From assembly GCA_016932855.1 (NCBI GenBank), contig JAFGCB010000025.1:118987-182986 (forward strand): DNA of 64,000 nt, written 5' to 3'. Positions within the stretch are counted from its first letter, which is position 1. Each line of letters starts with the position of its first letter. Position numbers and translations under genes: made by a program. Positions 29,346 to 38,726 of the stretch are shown piece after piece. This DNA comes from Candidatus Omnitrophota bacterium (GTDB lineage: Bacteria > Omnitrophota > Gorgyraeia > Duberdicusellales > Duberdicusellaceae). The notes under the pieces are model-generated. The model was not told the origin of the DNA. It ran no database searches and saw only the letters and a list, made by a program, of their open reading frames with translations.

Positions 29346-31262
29346 TTGTTGAGCTTTTCGCAAAAAGCTATGGAATTCAAGACGTTTAAGATATACAGGG
29401 GCAAGGTTCTATCTATCGACCAGGTGATAAAAGAATTGGTTTCTTTAGGCTATAATTCTTGCCTTCAGATCGCCGAAGAAGGGGATTTTCGTAGAAGCGG
29501 CGAGGTTTTGGATATATTTTGTGTTTCCTTTGAGTATCCGGTTCGAATAGAATGGGATTGGGACAAGGTAACAAAAATCCGCAATTTTGACCCGGTAAGT
29601 CTTATTTTTTTTCAAGAGCACGACATTTTAATAATTCTGCCCAAATTAAAAAAAAGGCGCCTTTCTTATCTTCACCAAGAATATCCTCTCCAGGGCACTC
29701 TTGATCTTCGCAAAGGTGATTTCGTTGTCCACGTAAATTACGGCATCGGAAAATATCTGGGTCGAAAGAATATAGAAACTAACTCCGGGTTAAAAGATTT
29801 TCTGGAAATAGAATATCAGAATAAAGAGAAAATATTCGTCGCTTTGGACAAGGCTCATCTTGTCCAGCGCTATGTAAATCTAGGCGGCCGCCCCCCGAAG
29901 CTTTCACGCCTGGGCACAAAAGAATGGCTTTATATAAAAGAACGAGCCCATAAGTCTATACGCCGATACGCGCTTGAGCAGGTTCGGGAGCAGGCTTTAC
30001 GGCAGGTTTTAGGCGGGGTTAAATTCAGCGACGACACTGCCTGGCAGAAACAATTTGAGGAAACTTTTTCGTATGACGAGACTCCTGACCAGCTTACGGC
30101 CCTTGGCGAAGTAAAGCGCGATATGCAAAACCCGATGTCCATGGATAGGCTTATTTGCGGTGACGTAGGCTACGGCAAAACTGAAGTCGCCATGCGGGCC
30201 GGCTTTAAGGCGGTTATGGATTCAAAACAGGTGGCGTTCTTGGTTCCTACAACCATACTTGCCGAGCAGCACTACCAGAATTTTAAAGCAAGGCTTAAAG
30301 ATTTTCCGGTACGAGTGGAGATGCTTTCGCGCTTTAGAACACCCCTTGAGCAGAAACGGATTGTTGATGAAGTCAAAAAAGGCATTATTGATATTGTGAT
30401 TGGAACTCACCGCTTGTTGTCGCAGGACGTGGGATTTAAAGAATTAGGGCTTTTAATAATTGATGAAGAGCAGCGGTTTGGAGTAAGGCAAAAAACAAAA
30501 ATAAAAAAATTGAAATTGGGCATAGACGTGCTCACTTTAACCGCTACACCTATACCCCGGACTTTATATATGGGTTTGACAGGAATAAAATCAATCTCTA
30601 TAATAAAAACACCGCCGAAAGACAGGCTTTCGGTCAGGAGTTTTGTGGGGCAATTCGATAAAACTCTGATCAAGGAGGCGATTGTACGGGAACACCAAAG
30701 AGGTGGTCAGATTTATTTCATTGAAAACAGAATAAAAAACCTTTCCAGCATAAAATCAATACTTGAAGAAATTTTACCGGGCTCTTTGAACATCGGTGTA
30801 GCTTTTGGAAGAATGCGCCCCCAGGAATTAGAGAAAGTTATGGTTAATTTTATCCATCATAAAATAGATTGTCTTCTTTCAACCGCGATAATCGAATCCG
30901 GGATAGACATCCCTTCGGCTAATACCGTAATAGTAAATAATGCGCATAGATTCGGGCTTTCGGATTTGCATCAGTTACGAGGAAGGGTAGGGCGTATGAA
31001 TATACAGGCCTACGCATACTTTTTGGTCCCCAGGGGTGCATCGCTTTCAAAAGAGGCTAAAAGTCGCCTTGACGCAATCCAGGATTACTCACATTTAGGC
31101 GCTGGATTTGAGTTGGCGATGCAGGATTTAGAAATTCGGGGAGCAGGAAATATTTTAGGCGAGCAGCAGCACGGCTTTATCTGGCAGGTGGGACTTGACT
31201 TGTATTGCCGGTTGCTGAAGATGGAAATAGATAGACTGCGGGCAGAGTTTAAGCTTAACTGA
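29346..31262 (+). CDS. mfd: transcription-repair coupling factor, compact form (RID + superfamily-2 translocase; lacks N-terminal UvrB-like region and C-terminal D7)
   Basis: 638 aa versus ~1100-1200 for canonical Mfd. Has a D2-like fragment (VLDIF....YPVRIEWDWD.V..IR.FDP.S), CarD/TRCF RNAP-interacting domain (GDFVVHVNYGIGKYLG), helicase motifs (GDVGYGKTEVAMRA, DEEQRFGV, LTATPIPRT, QLRGRVGR); ends right after the D6-equivalent. Confidence 0.75.
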   Translation: MLSFSQKAMEFKTFKIYRGKVLSIDQVIKELVSLGYNSCLQIAEEGDFRRSGEVLDIFCVSFEYPVRIEWDWDKVTKIRNFDPVSLIFFQEHDILIILPKLKKRRLSYLHQEYPLQGTLDLRKGDFVVHVNYGIGKYLGRKNIETNSGLKDFLEIEYQNKEKIFVALDKAHLVQRYVNLGGRPPKLSRLGTKEWLYIKERAHKSIRRYALEQVREQALRQVLGGVKFSDDTAWQKQFEETFSYDETPDQLTALGEVKRDMQNPMSMDRLICGDVGYGKTEVAMRAGFKAVMDSKQVAFLVPTTILAEQHYQNFKARLKDFPVRVEMLSRFRTPLEQKRIVDEVKKGIIDIVIGTHRLLSQDVGFKELGLLIIDEEQRFGVRQKTKIKKLKLGIDVLTLTATPIPRTLYMGLTGIKSISIIKTPPKDRLSVRSFVGQFDKTLIKEAIVREHQRGGQIYFIENRIKNLSSIKSILEEILPGSLNIGVAFGRMRPQELEKVMVNFIHHKIDCLLSTAIIESGIDIPSANTVIVNNAHRFGLSDLHQLRGRVGRMNIQAYAYFLVPRGASLSKEAKSRLDAIQDYSHLGAGFELAMQDLEIRGAGNILGEQQHGFIWQVGLDLYCRLLKMEIDRLRAEFKLN

Positions 31263-31304
31263 AAAAGTTTAAATAAAGCAGTTCGGCGAAACAAGGAGAA
31301 AAAG

Positions 31305-32210
31305 ATGAAAAAAATTTTTACATTTTTGGTTATTTTGTTCATATGCAACATTGCCTTCTGTCAGCATAAAATTGTGGCGGTAGTAAACGATGATGTAATT
31401 ACGGATAAGGAACTTAAGGACTTTTTGAATATTACTAAATTTAACCTCCCTTTAGAAAGCGCGGCAATAAACGATATTCAAATGCAGCAGACCTATGAAC
31501 AGGAAAAGAGCTTTGCTTTGCAGCGGCTGGTTGAAGATCGTTTGATTATTCAGGAGGCAAGAAAAAGTGAAATCGAAATACCCGAAGAATCAATAGATAA
31601 GCAAATTGAAGGTTTTCTTGCGCAGTTTCCGAGCCGCCGGGAATTCGAGTCCTATTTGGCGGAAAAAGGGCTTACTATCTCTTCTTTGCGAAAGAAGATC
31701 GAGGAGCAAACCCTTATGCGGTATATTGTGCGTTTAAAAATACGTGACAAAATTGCGATTACTCCTTACGAGATTACCGAGTATTACAAAGGCCACTCCG
31801 ATGAGTTTAAATCTCCTCTTCGCGTAGATTACCGGGCGCTGAAATTCACTCAGACCTTTAAGGCCTATCAGGCACATGAAGAGCTGGAAAAAAGCGGGGA
31901 CATAGGCGCTGTTTTGGATAAATATAAAGAAAATCGTGTAAGCGGCACTCTTAGCCAAAAAGAATCCCGAAGAGAACTGGAAGAGATTTTCCTGTTGGAT
32001 GAAAACAAATTCACATCGCCTATAAGTCTTGACGCTGAATTGTATATCTTTGTCATTGATAAAAAATACCCGGAGACACAACTGGCTTTAGACGAGGCAA
32101 AAGACAGAATTTGGGAAATTCTATATCAGAATAAATTTCAGGGTTTAATGAAGGATTGGCTTAAGGATTTAAAGGAAACGGCGCTGATTAAGATAATGCC
32201 CGCCTCCTAA
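31305..32210 (+). CDS. SurA N-terminal-domain periplasmic chaperone-like protein
   Basis: 301 aa; signal peptide, SurA_N-like chaperone region (I.AVVND..IT..EL......). No clear parvulin PPIase motif was seen. Sits upstream of pdxA-ksgA as surA does in E. coli. Confidence 0.6.
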   Translation: MKKIFTFLVILFICNIAFCQHKIVAVVNDDVITDKELKDFLNITKFNLPLESAAINDIQMQQTYEQEKSFALQRLVEDRLIIQEARKSEIEIPEESIDKQIEGFLAQFPSRREFESYLAEKGLTISSLRKKIEEQTLMRYIVRLKIRDKIAITPYEITEYYKGHSDEFKSPLRVDYRALKFTQTFKAYQAHEELEKSGDIGAVLDKYKENRVSGTLSQKESRRELEEIFLLDENKFTSPISLDAELYIFVIDKKYPETQLALDEAKDRIWEILYQNKFQGLMKDWLKDLKETALIKIMPAS

Positions 32211-32219
32211 AGGCTTCAA

Positions 32220-33167
32220 ATGTTAAAACGCCTGGTTATTACAATGGGCGATCCGGCAGGAATAGGGCCTTTTATTCTTGTTAAATCTCTACTCCCTTTA
32301 AGATTAAAAAACGTTGAAGTCGTATTGCTAGGCGATCGAAAGGTTTTAAGCGGCGTGCCCGGATTTAAACGGCTTGAAGGCCGCGTTACTTTGGTGGATT
32401 TGAAAAATGCCGGAGGCATACCTCGGGGTCAGCCCGGCCGGGGTTCCGGAATAGCCGCCCTTGAATATCTTTATCGGGCCCGGGATTTCTTAGGTGATCA
32501 GAAAAGATCTTGCCTGGTTACCGGGCCGGTTTCAAAAGAGGCTATACAGTTAAGCAAAACCGATTTCACGGGACACACCGAATTTTTAGCGAAAGAATTT
32601 TCTGTCGAAAATTTTGCCATGATGATGGTTGGACGTATTTTGAAGATAGTGTTTTTAACCCGTCATGTTAACATAAGAGACGTACCTAAACAGCTTAATT
32701 TGACGAAGATCAAGGACACGCTAAAACTTACCAGTGATTCTTTAAGATTTCTGTTTGGTTTAAGGACTCCAAAAATTGCTCTCTGCAGCTTAAATCCCCA
32801 TGCCGGACTTGATACCTATCTAGAACGGGAAGAAAAAAATTTGCTTAAAGCAGTAAAAGACTTAAAAGAAAAAAATACTGATTTTATCGGCCCCTATCCC
32901 GCAGATACATTATTTAAAGAAGCGTTAAAGGGCGGCTTCGATGCTGTAGTTTCGTTTTATCATGACCAAGGAATGATACCTTTTAAGAGTTTTGAATTCT
33001 CTTCAGGGGTGAATCTTACCTTAGGACTTCCTTTTGTGCGGACCTCTCCCGCTCACGGCCCGGCTTTTAATATTGTAAATAAATCGAACAAAATTGACCC
33101 GCGGTCGATGACGCAGGCAATAAAGCTGGCTCTTAAGCTTAAGTCAAACCCGGTATTTTCGCCTTGA
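32220..33167 (+). CDS. pdxA: 4-hydroxythreonine-4-phosphate dehydrogenase
   Basis: 315 aa; ITMGDPAGIGP N-terminus, H.G..E PdxA family core. Confidence 0.85.
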   Translation: MLKRLVITMGDPAGIGPFILVKSLLPLRLKNVEVVLLGDRKVLSGVPGFKRLEGRVTLVDLKNAGGIPRGQPGRGSGIAALEYLYRARDFLGDQKRSCLVTGPVSKEAIQLSKTDFTGHTEFLAKEFSVENFAMMMVGRILKIVFLTRHVNIRDVPKQLNLTKIKDTLKLTSDSLRFLFGLRTPKIALCSLNPHAGLDTYLEREEKNLLKAVKDLKEKNTDFIGPYPADTLFKEALKGGFDAVVSFYHDQGMIPFKSFEFSSGVNLTLGLPFVRTSPAHGPAFNIVNKSNKIDPRSMTQAIKLALKLKSNPVFSP

Positions 33168-33184
33168 AGGTTTAAACAGCAGTA

Positions 33185-33955
33185 ATGAGATCTAAAAAGC
33201 ACTTAAGCCAATTTTTCTTAGTAAACAAAAAATATCTTGAGAAGATTTCAGATCTTGTTTCCGTTCACGACCAGGAAATCATGGTGGAAATAGGTTCCGG
33301 CAAAGGCCAGCTTACAGATTTTCTCATCGGAAAACAGAAATCGATTATATGTGTCGAAATTGATCCGGCTTTTTGCGAAATTTTGAATGAAAAGTATGCT
33401 GATATTCCTTTTTTAGATGTGGTTTGTGCTGATATACGTAAGTTTAAATTGCCCGATAAAAAAGTAATCGTTGTCGGTAATGTACCTTACCATTTAAGTT
33501 TTGAGATAATAAATTTTGTAATCAGTAATCGCGATAAGGTGCCTCGGGCGTATTTAACCTTCCAAAAGGAATTTGCCAGGAAGCTTGCCGGTCGATTAGG
33601 CACCAAGGATTACGGATATCTTTCCTGCTTTATGAATATTTACGCCGACGCAAAAATTCTTTTCACTATCCCTAAGACTTGTTTTCACCCGCGGCCTAAG
33701 GTTGACGCAGCTTTTCTGGAGATTAAATTACACTCGGAGCCGAAGGCGCAAGTGTCTAGCCAGGAAGCTTTTTTAAATTTTTTGCGGAATGTTTTCAGCC
33801 AACGCCGAAAAAAAATAGCAAATATAATTGAAAATCTCTATCCTCATCTGGCAACCGAAACCATCCTTGCGACTGCTCAAGTTCTTGCGGATTTGCGTCC
33901 GGAAAATATAAGTTTTTTAAAATTAGCCCAACTTTATAAACTGCTATCAAATTAG
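33185..33955 (+). CDS. rsmA: 16S rRNA (adenine1518/1519-N6)-dimethyltransferase
   Basis: 256 aa; KSLGQ.FL-type start (KHLSQFFL), EIG.G.G.LT SAM motif, VGN.PY box. Confidence 0.88.
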   Translation: MRSKKHLSQFFLVNKKYLEKISDLVSVHDQEIMVEIGSGKGQLTDFLIGKQKSIICVEIDPAFCEILNEKYADIPFLDVVCADIRKFKLPDKKVIVVGNVPYHLSFEIINFVISNRDKVPRAYLTFQKEFARKLAGRLGTKDYGYLSCFMNIYADAKILFTIPKTCFHPRPKVDAAFLEIKLHSEPKAQVSSQEAFLNFLRNVFSQRRKKIANIIENLYPHLATETILATAQVLADLRPENISFLKLAQLYKLLSN

Positions 33956-33999
33956 TTACCGGCCGGATTCTATCTTTTGTATAATTTGCGGATCTATTT

Positions 34000-35298
34000 T
34001 TAAGGCAGGCTTATGCTGCGGGTAAAGGCTTTGACTACTTCCGGGTCAAAGTGCGAGCCGGATTCCCGGCTGATTATTTTTAAGGCTTTTTTAAATTCAT
34101 AGGCTTTTCGATAAGGACGGTCGGAAACCAAAGCTTGAAAGCTATCGGCTAAGGCCACAACTTTAGCTTCAATAGGGATTTGATTATTTTTAAGTCCGTA
34201 AGGATAGCCATGGCCGTCGATTCTTTCGTGGTGGTAGAGGATAGACGGTATTATCTTAATAAGGGGGTGCAAGGGCCGCAATATTTCTGCGCCGATAACC
34301 GGATGTTTCTTTATTTTTTTAAACTCTTCTGCGGTAAGCTCGCCCGGTTTTTGCAAAATTGATTCCGGAATGCCTACTTTGCCCAGATCATGCAGCATCG
34401 CCGCATATCTGATTATTTCTAATTGTTGTTCTTCAAGATTAAGTTTGCGCCCGATGACCAAAGCTATTGTTACTGTTCTTTCGGTGTGTTCTGCCGTATA
34501 GAAATCCTTGGCTTTGATTGCGGTTGCAAAGGCGATGATTGTTTCGAGGGTTGTACGGTCAAGCATCGTAGTTAGCTGCAGGATTTTATTTTTTAGTTCA
34601 GTAACTTCGTGTTTGCCATTTGCATTGTCCTCGCTGGCCGCGGTGTTTTCCTTTAATTTTCGCAACGTGATTACTTTATTATTTTTCGCCTTTGAGCAGT
34701 TAAGGCATTGATTTAAGATCGAAAGCAGTATTTCTTCATTGGTTCCGTCTTCAGGATAAGTCACAAGCCCTATGCTTATTTGGAGACTTATCTTTTCTTT
34801 GCCGAAATATCTGAATTTAAGCTTTTCTTGAATCCGGCCGGCAAGCCTTGTCGCCTCTTCCTTGGAAGTATAGCTGCATATTACGATGAATTCATCTTCC
34901 TTTGATCTGGCTAGAATATCTCCGGTACGCAATTCGTTTTTTAAGAAACAAGCAAATTCGCGCAAGATTACATCTCCGCGCGATACGCCATAGATTTTAT
35001 TGATATTTTTAAATAGTTCTATGTCAATTTTTAGCAAGGATACCGAAAAATTATGCCTTTCGGCCTGAGTCAGGCTTTCCTTAAGGCGAAAGGCTAAATA
35101 TTTGGAGTTGTATAAGTCGGTTATAGTATCGATGAACGAAGACCGGGCCAGACGTTTGTTTAATTGCGCGATTTGGGCATTTTTTGAATTAAGCCTAAGT
35201 TTTAAATAAAATGCCCAGAATAAAACAGGAAATAGCGCTAGCCCTGTAAAGGGCAAGGGTTTTGAAAAAGTCTTTAGAAACTGGAGAAAATAGTCCAT
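34000..35298 (-). CDS. membrane-anchored degenerate-GGDEF / HD-GYP domain protein (putative c-di-GMP phosphodiesterase)
   Basis: 432 aa; N-terminal TM, GGDEF-like fold with the motif degenerated to SKEDEF, C-terminal HD-GYP (HDLGK ... HHERIDGHGYPYGL). Confidence 0.8.
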   Translation of the reverse strand: MDYFLQFLKTFSKPLPFTGLALFPVLFWAFYLKLRLNSKNAQIAQLNKRLARSSFIDTITDLYNSKYLAFRLKESLTQAERHNFSVSLLKIDIELFKNINKIYGVSRGDVILREFACFLKNELRTGDILARSKEDEFIVICSYTSKEEATRLAGRIQEKLKFRYFGKEKISLQISIGLVTYPEDGTNEEILLSILNQCLNCSKAKNNKVITLRKLKENTAASEDNANGKHEVTELKNKILQLTTMLDRTTLETIIAFATAIKAKDFYTAEHTERTVTIALVIGRKLNLEEQQLEIIRYAAMLHDLGKVGIPESILQKPGELTAEEFKKIKKHPVIGAEILRPLHPLIKIIPSILYHHERIDGHGYPYGLKNNQIPIEAKVVALADSFQALVSDRPYRKAYEFKKALKIISRESGSHFDPEVVKAFTRSISLP

Positions 35299-35416
35299 CT
35301 CCCTATTAATTTTTGAAAGCGTTTACATTATCCGTGGCAACGGTGTGCATTTAGAGTATAAAATATTCCCGGCTGCAAAATCAAGTCTTTAAGGCAAAAT
35401 AAGACAAATAATATTT

Positions 35417-35445
35417 TTGACTTTTGTCGGTTTAAATGGTAAGAT
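35417..35445 (+). promoter_or_regulatory. putative sigma70 promoter for gatCAB (TTGACT-17 nt-TAAGAT)
   Basis: TTGACT at 35417-35422 and TAAGAT at 35440-35445, in the divergent intergenic region upstream of gatC. Confidence 0.35.
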
Positions 35446-35546
35446 TTACCTTCAAAAAAAACAGCTTTCCCGATTTAATTTTGCAAAATTAACATTTTTT
35501 AGAATTAATCCGGATGCGCGTTAAAATGTCGGGGGAGGAATAAGGT

Positions 35547-35834
35547 ATGTCTATAGACAAAACGACTGTAAGTTATATTGCCCGACTTGCCAGGATAAAT
35601 CTGGAGGAAGACGAGCTTGATTATTACTCAGGCCAGTTATCTAAGATACTAAATTATATCGAAAAGATAAACGAGCTTGATCTCAAAGAAATTCCCCTAA
35701 GCTTCAGCGTTTATCCCGATGTCAATATCTATCAAGACGATGAAGTATTGAATTTCGAAAATACTCAGGCGATTATTGATATTTTTCCTCAGAAAAGTGA
35801 CAATTTCATAAAAATACCCAAAGTTATTGAGTAA
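35547..35834 (+). CDS. gatC: Asp/Glu-tRNA(Asn/Gln) amidotransferase subunit C
   Basis: 95 aa; V..IA.LARI.L.E.E GatC start; directly upstream of gatA/gatB. Confidence 0.85.
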   Translation: MSIDKTTVSYIARLARINLEEDELDYYSGQLSKILNYIEKINELDLKEIPLSFSVYPDVNIYQDDEVLNFENTQAIIDIFPQKSDNFIKIPKVIE

Positions 35835-35854
35835 TCAGGATCCTTTACATTGTT

Positions 35855-37288
35855 ATGTCTTTACATAAGCTAAGCGGTTGGCAGATATCGGAAAAACTTA
35901 AGAAAAAAGAAATAGGCTTGGGCGAGGTTGTCTCTTTTTTTCAAGAACGAGTCCAACGCCTGAACCCTAAAATAAAGGCGGTTATTTCTCTGTTTGATGA
36001 ACCCCTGGGCCCGGAAAAGGATTCGGATTCCAAGCTTTGGGGCGTGCCGGTTTTAATAAAGGACAACATATGTATCAAAAACAAGGAAATCACTTGTGCA
36101 TCAAAGATATTAAAAGGATTTATCAGTCCGTATAATGCAACAGTTATTGAAAGATTAAGGAAGGCCGGTCTTGTGATCCTGGGCACGGCAAATATGGATG
36201 AGTTTGCCTTCGGTTCTTCTTGTGAGAATTCTTGTTATGGACCGACTTTGAATCCTTGGAATGAAAGCTGTGTTCCCGGCGGTTCTTCCGGGGGATGCGC
36301 TGCTGCGGTTGCGGCCGGGCTTGTACCCTGCGCCTTAGGTTCTGATACCGGGGGATCAATTCGGCAGCCTGCCTCATTTTGCGGAGCCGTCGGATTTAAA
36401 CCTACCTACGGCAGGGTTTCCCGGTTCGGGCTGGTTGCTTTTGGGTCAAGTCTTGATCAAATCGGTCCGATCTCAAGAGACATCGTCGATTCCGCCTATC
36501 TTTTAAATATTGTATCCGGCAAAGATTCCCGCGACAGTACCTCGGCTTCGATAGCAGTCCCTGACTTTTCAAAATCTTTTGATGGCAGTCTAAAAGGCTT
36601 GAAAGTCGGCCTGCCTAAAGAATATTTTGTCAGCGGCCTAGACGGCCAGGTTAAGAAAACCGTTGAGCTTGCGATATCTGTGCTAAAATCAAAAGGTATC
36701 GAATTTAGCGAAATTAGCCTGCCTCATACCGAATACGCAGTTCCGACGTATTATATCTTAGCTTCCTCCGAGGCAAGCTCCAATCTTTCCCGTTTTGAAG
36801 GGATAAGGTACGGAAAGAGAATACATCAAAATAATCTGATTGAACTTTATAAAAGAACCCGGCAGGAAGGCTTTGGTCAAGAAGCGAAGCGCAGGATAAT
36901 GCTTGGGACGTTTAGCCTCTCTTCAGGATACTATGAGGCCTATTACCTTAAGGCCCTGAAGGTGCGTTGGCTTATTAAAAAGGATTTTGATCAAGCGTTT
37001 AAGGCTTATGACGCTATAATCACGCCTACTTCTCCCACCGCCGCCTTTAAGATCGGGGAAAAGGCAGACAATCCTTTAAGTATGTATCTTTCGGATATCT
37101 ACACTATTTCCTGTAACTTAAGCGGGGTTCCTTCGGTTTCGATTCCTTGTGGCTTTACCCAGGAAGGCTTGCCGGTGGGCCTTCAGCTAATAAGTAAACA
37201 TTTTAATGAAGAGATGTTGATTCGTTTAGCCCATGCCTATCAAGAGTCAACTGATTGGCATAAACAATTCCCCGTGAATTATGAGTAA
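35855..37288 (+). CDS. gatA: Glu-tRNA(Gln) amidotransferase subunit A
   Basis: 477 aa; amidase signature GGSSGGCAAAVAAG...GSDTGGSIR. Confidence 0.93.
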   Translation: MSLHKLSGWQISEKLKKKEIGLGEVVSFFQERVQRLNPKIKAVISLFDEPLGPEKDSDSKLWGVPVLIKDNICIKNKEITCASKILKGFISPYNATVIERLRKAGLVILGTANMDEFAFGSSCENSCYGPTLNPWNESCVPGGSSGGCAAAVAAGLVPCALGSDTGGSIRQPASFCGAVGFKPTYGRVSRFGLVAFGSSLDQIGPISRDIVDSAYLLNIVSGKDSRDSTSASIAVPDFSKSFDGSLKGLKVGLPKEYFVSGLDGQVKKTVELAISVLKSKGIEFSEISLPHTEYAVPTYYILASSEASSNLSRFEGIRYGKRIHQNNLIELYKRTRQEGFGQEAKRRIMLGTFSLSSGYYEAYYLKALKVRWLIKKDFDQAFKAYDAIITPTSPTAAFKIGEKADNPLSMYLSDIYTISCNLSGVPSVSIPCGFTQEGLPVGLQLISKHFNEEMLIRLAHAYQESTDWHKQFPVNYE

Positions 37289-38702
37289 GTTTGATTCGGT
37301 AATCGGTTTAGAGGTCCATGTGCAATTGGCCACAGCGTCAAAGATGTTTTGTCGCTGTCCTAATATCTTCGGGAAAGAGCCAAATAGCCTAGTCTGCCCG
37401 GTGTGTATGGGCCTGCCCGGGATTTTACCGGTTTTAAATAAAAAAGCTCTGGACTTAGGGACAAGAGTCGCCTTGGCTTTAAACTGCGCGATTCAGGAAA
37501 AGATTATTTTTGAGAGAAAGCATTATTTTTATCCGGATTTACCCAAGAATTTTCAAATTTCCCAATATGCCAGGCCCCTTGGCGAAGAGGGAAAGCTGGA
37601 TATTAAAGGAGAAACGATTAGAATAAAAAGAGTTCATCTCGAAGAAGATGCCGGAAAACTCATCCACACCCGGGATTATTCACTTGTCGACTTGAACAGA
37701 GCAGGAGTGCCTCTTTTAGAGATAGTAAGTTATCCCGACATAAGTTCGGCTAGTCAAGCCTATGATTATTTAAAGGAACTTAAACTTATCGTTCAGTATG
37801 TCGGGGCTTCAAGCTGCGACATGGAAAAGGGATTTTTACGCTGCGACGCCAATATTTCACTGAAAGAAGAGGGGAGTCCGACCCTGGGGGTGAAGGTCGA
37901 ACTTAAAAATATGAACAGCTTTCGTCAAGTTGAATCGGCCTTGGAATACGAGATACGAAGGCAGGAAAAAATACTGCTCAGCAATAAAAAAGTTTTCCAA
38001 GAAACCAGGCTTTGGGACGAAGAAAAGAAGATAACTACTGTTATGCGGACAAAGGAAGAAGCCCATGATTACCGGTATTTCCCCGAACCGGACCTGTTGC
38101 CGATTACAATCAAAGAGAAGGACGTGGAGACTCAGAAAAAATCTATACCGGAAATGCCGGCTCGAAGACGGCAACGATTCAGTCAGCAATATTATTTAGG
38201 CGAAAAGGAAATAGAGATCATTCTTTCAAATATGTTTCTGGCTGAATTCTTCGAAGCGTCGCACAAGATTTATCCCAATACGAAAAAAGTTGTTAATTGG
38301 ATAATCGGGCCTCTTTTGGAGGTTCTAAACAGTAAAGGAATAGAAACCGAAAAAATTCAGCTGACCCCGGATAATTTTGCCCGATTGATCAAATTGGCTA
38401 GCGAGGGCAAGGTAACTAATATAGTTGCAAAAGACATCCTTTCCCAGATAATTGATAAAGATGCTGATCCCGAAAGAATCGTTCAGGAGAAAGGTCTTTC
38501 TTGCGTTTCAAATCAAGAGGAGCTGACCGGATTGGTGAAGGACGCCATAGAAAGCAATCCTAGGGCTGCCGATGACTTTCGAACAGGAAAAGAACAGGCT
38601 TTAATGTTTCTGGTGGGGCAAGTTATGAGGAAAACAAGAGGTAAGGCGAGCCCCAATACGCTTAAGTCTTTATTTATTAAAATTCTTAAGGAAAAACCGT
38701 AG
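37281..38702 (+). CDS. gatB: Asp/Glu-tRNA(Asn/Gln) amidotransferase subunit B
   Basis: 473 aa; GLE.H.QL.T.SK.FC, RCDANIS, C-terminal YqeY-like tail; 8-nt overlap with gatA. Confidence 0.93.
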   Translation: MSKFDSVIGLEVHVQLATASKMFCRCPNIFGKEPNSLVCPVCMGLPGILPVLNKKALDLGTRVALALNCAIQEKIIFERKHYFYPDLPKNFQISQYARPLGEEGKLDIKGETIRIKRVHLEEDAGKLIHTRDYSLVDLNRAGVPLLEIVSYPDISSASQAYDYLKELKLIVQYVGASSCDMEKGFLRCDANISLKEEGSPTLGVKVELKNMNSFRQVESALEYEIRRQEKILLSNKKVFQETRLWDEEKKITTVMRTKEEAHDYRYFPEPDLLPITIKEKDVETQKKSIPEMPARRRQRFSQQYYLGEKEIEIILSNMFLAEFFEASHKIYPNTKKVVNWIIGPLLEVLNSKGIETEKIQLTPDNFARLIKLASEGKVTNIVAKDILSQIIDKDADPERIVQEKGLSCVSNQEELTGLVKDAIESNPRAADDFRTGKEQALMFLVGQVMRKTRGKASPNTLKSLFIKILKEKP

Positions 38703-38726
38703 TGAAATACTACGGAGGAGGTAATA

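Noticed and set aside
33956-33999. ccggccgg palindrome between convergent ksgA and the HD-GYP gene
   Set aside because: It is an 8-nt self-complementary site with no loop and cannot by itself be called a terminator.
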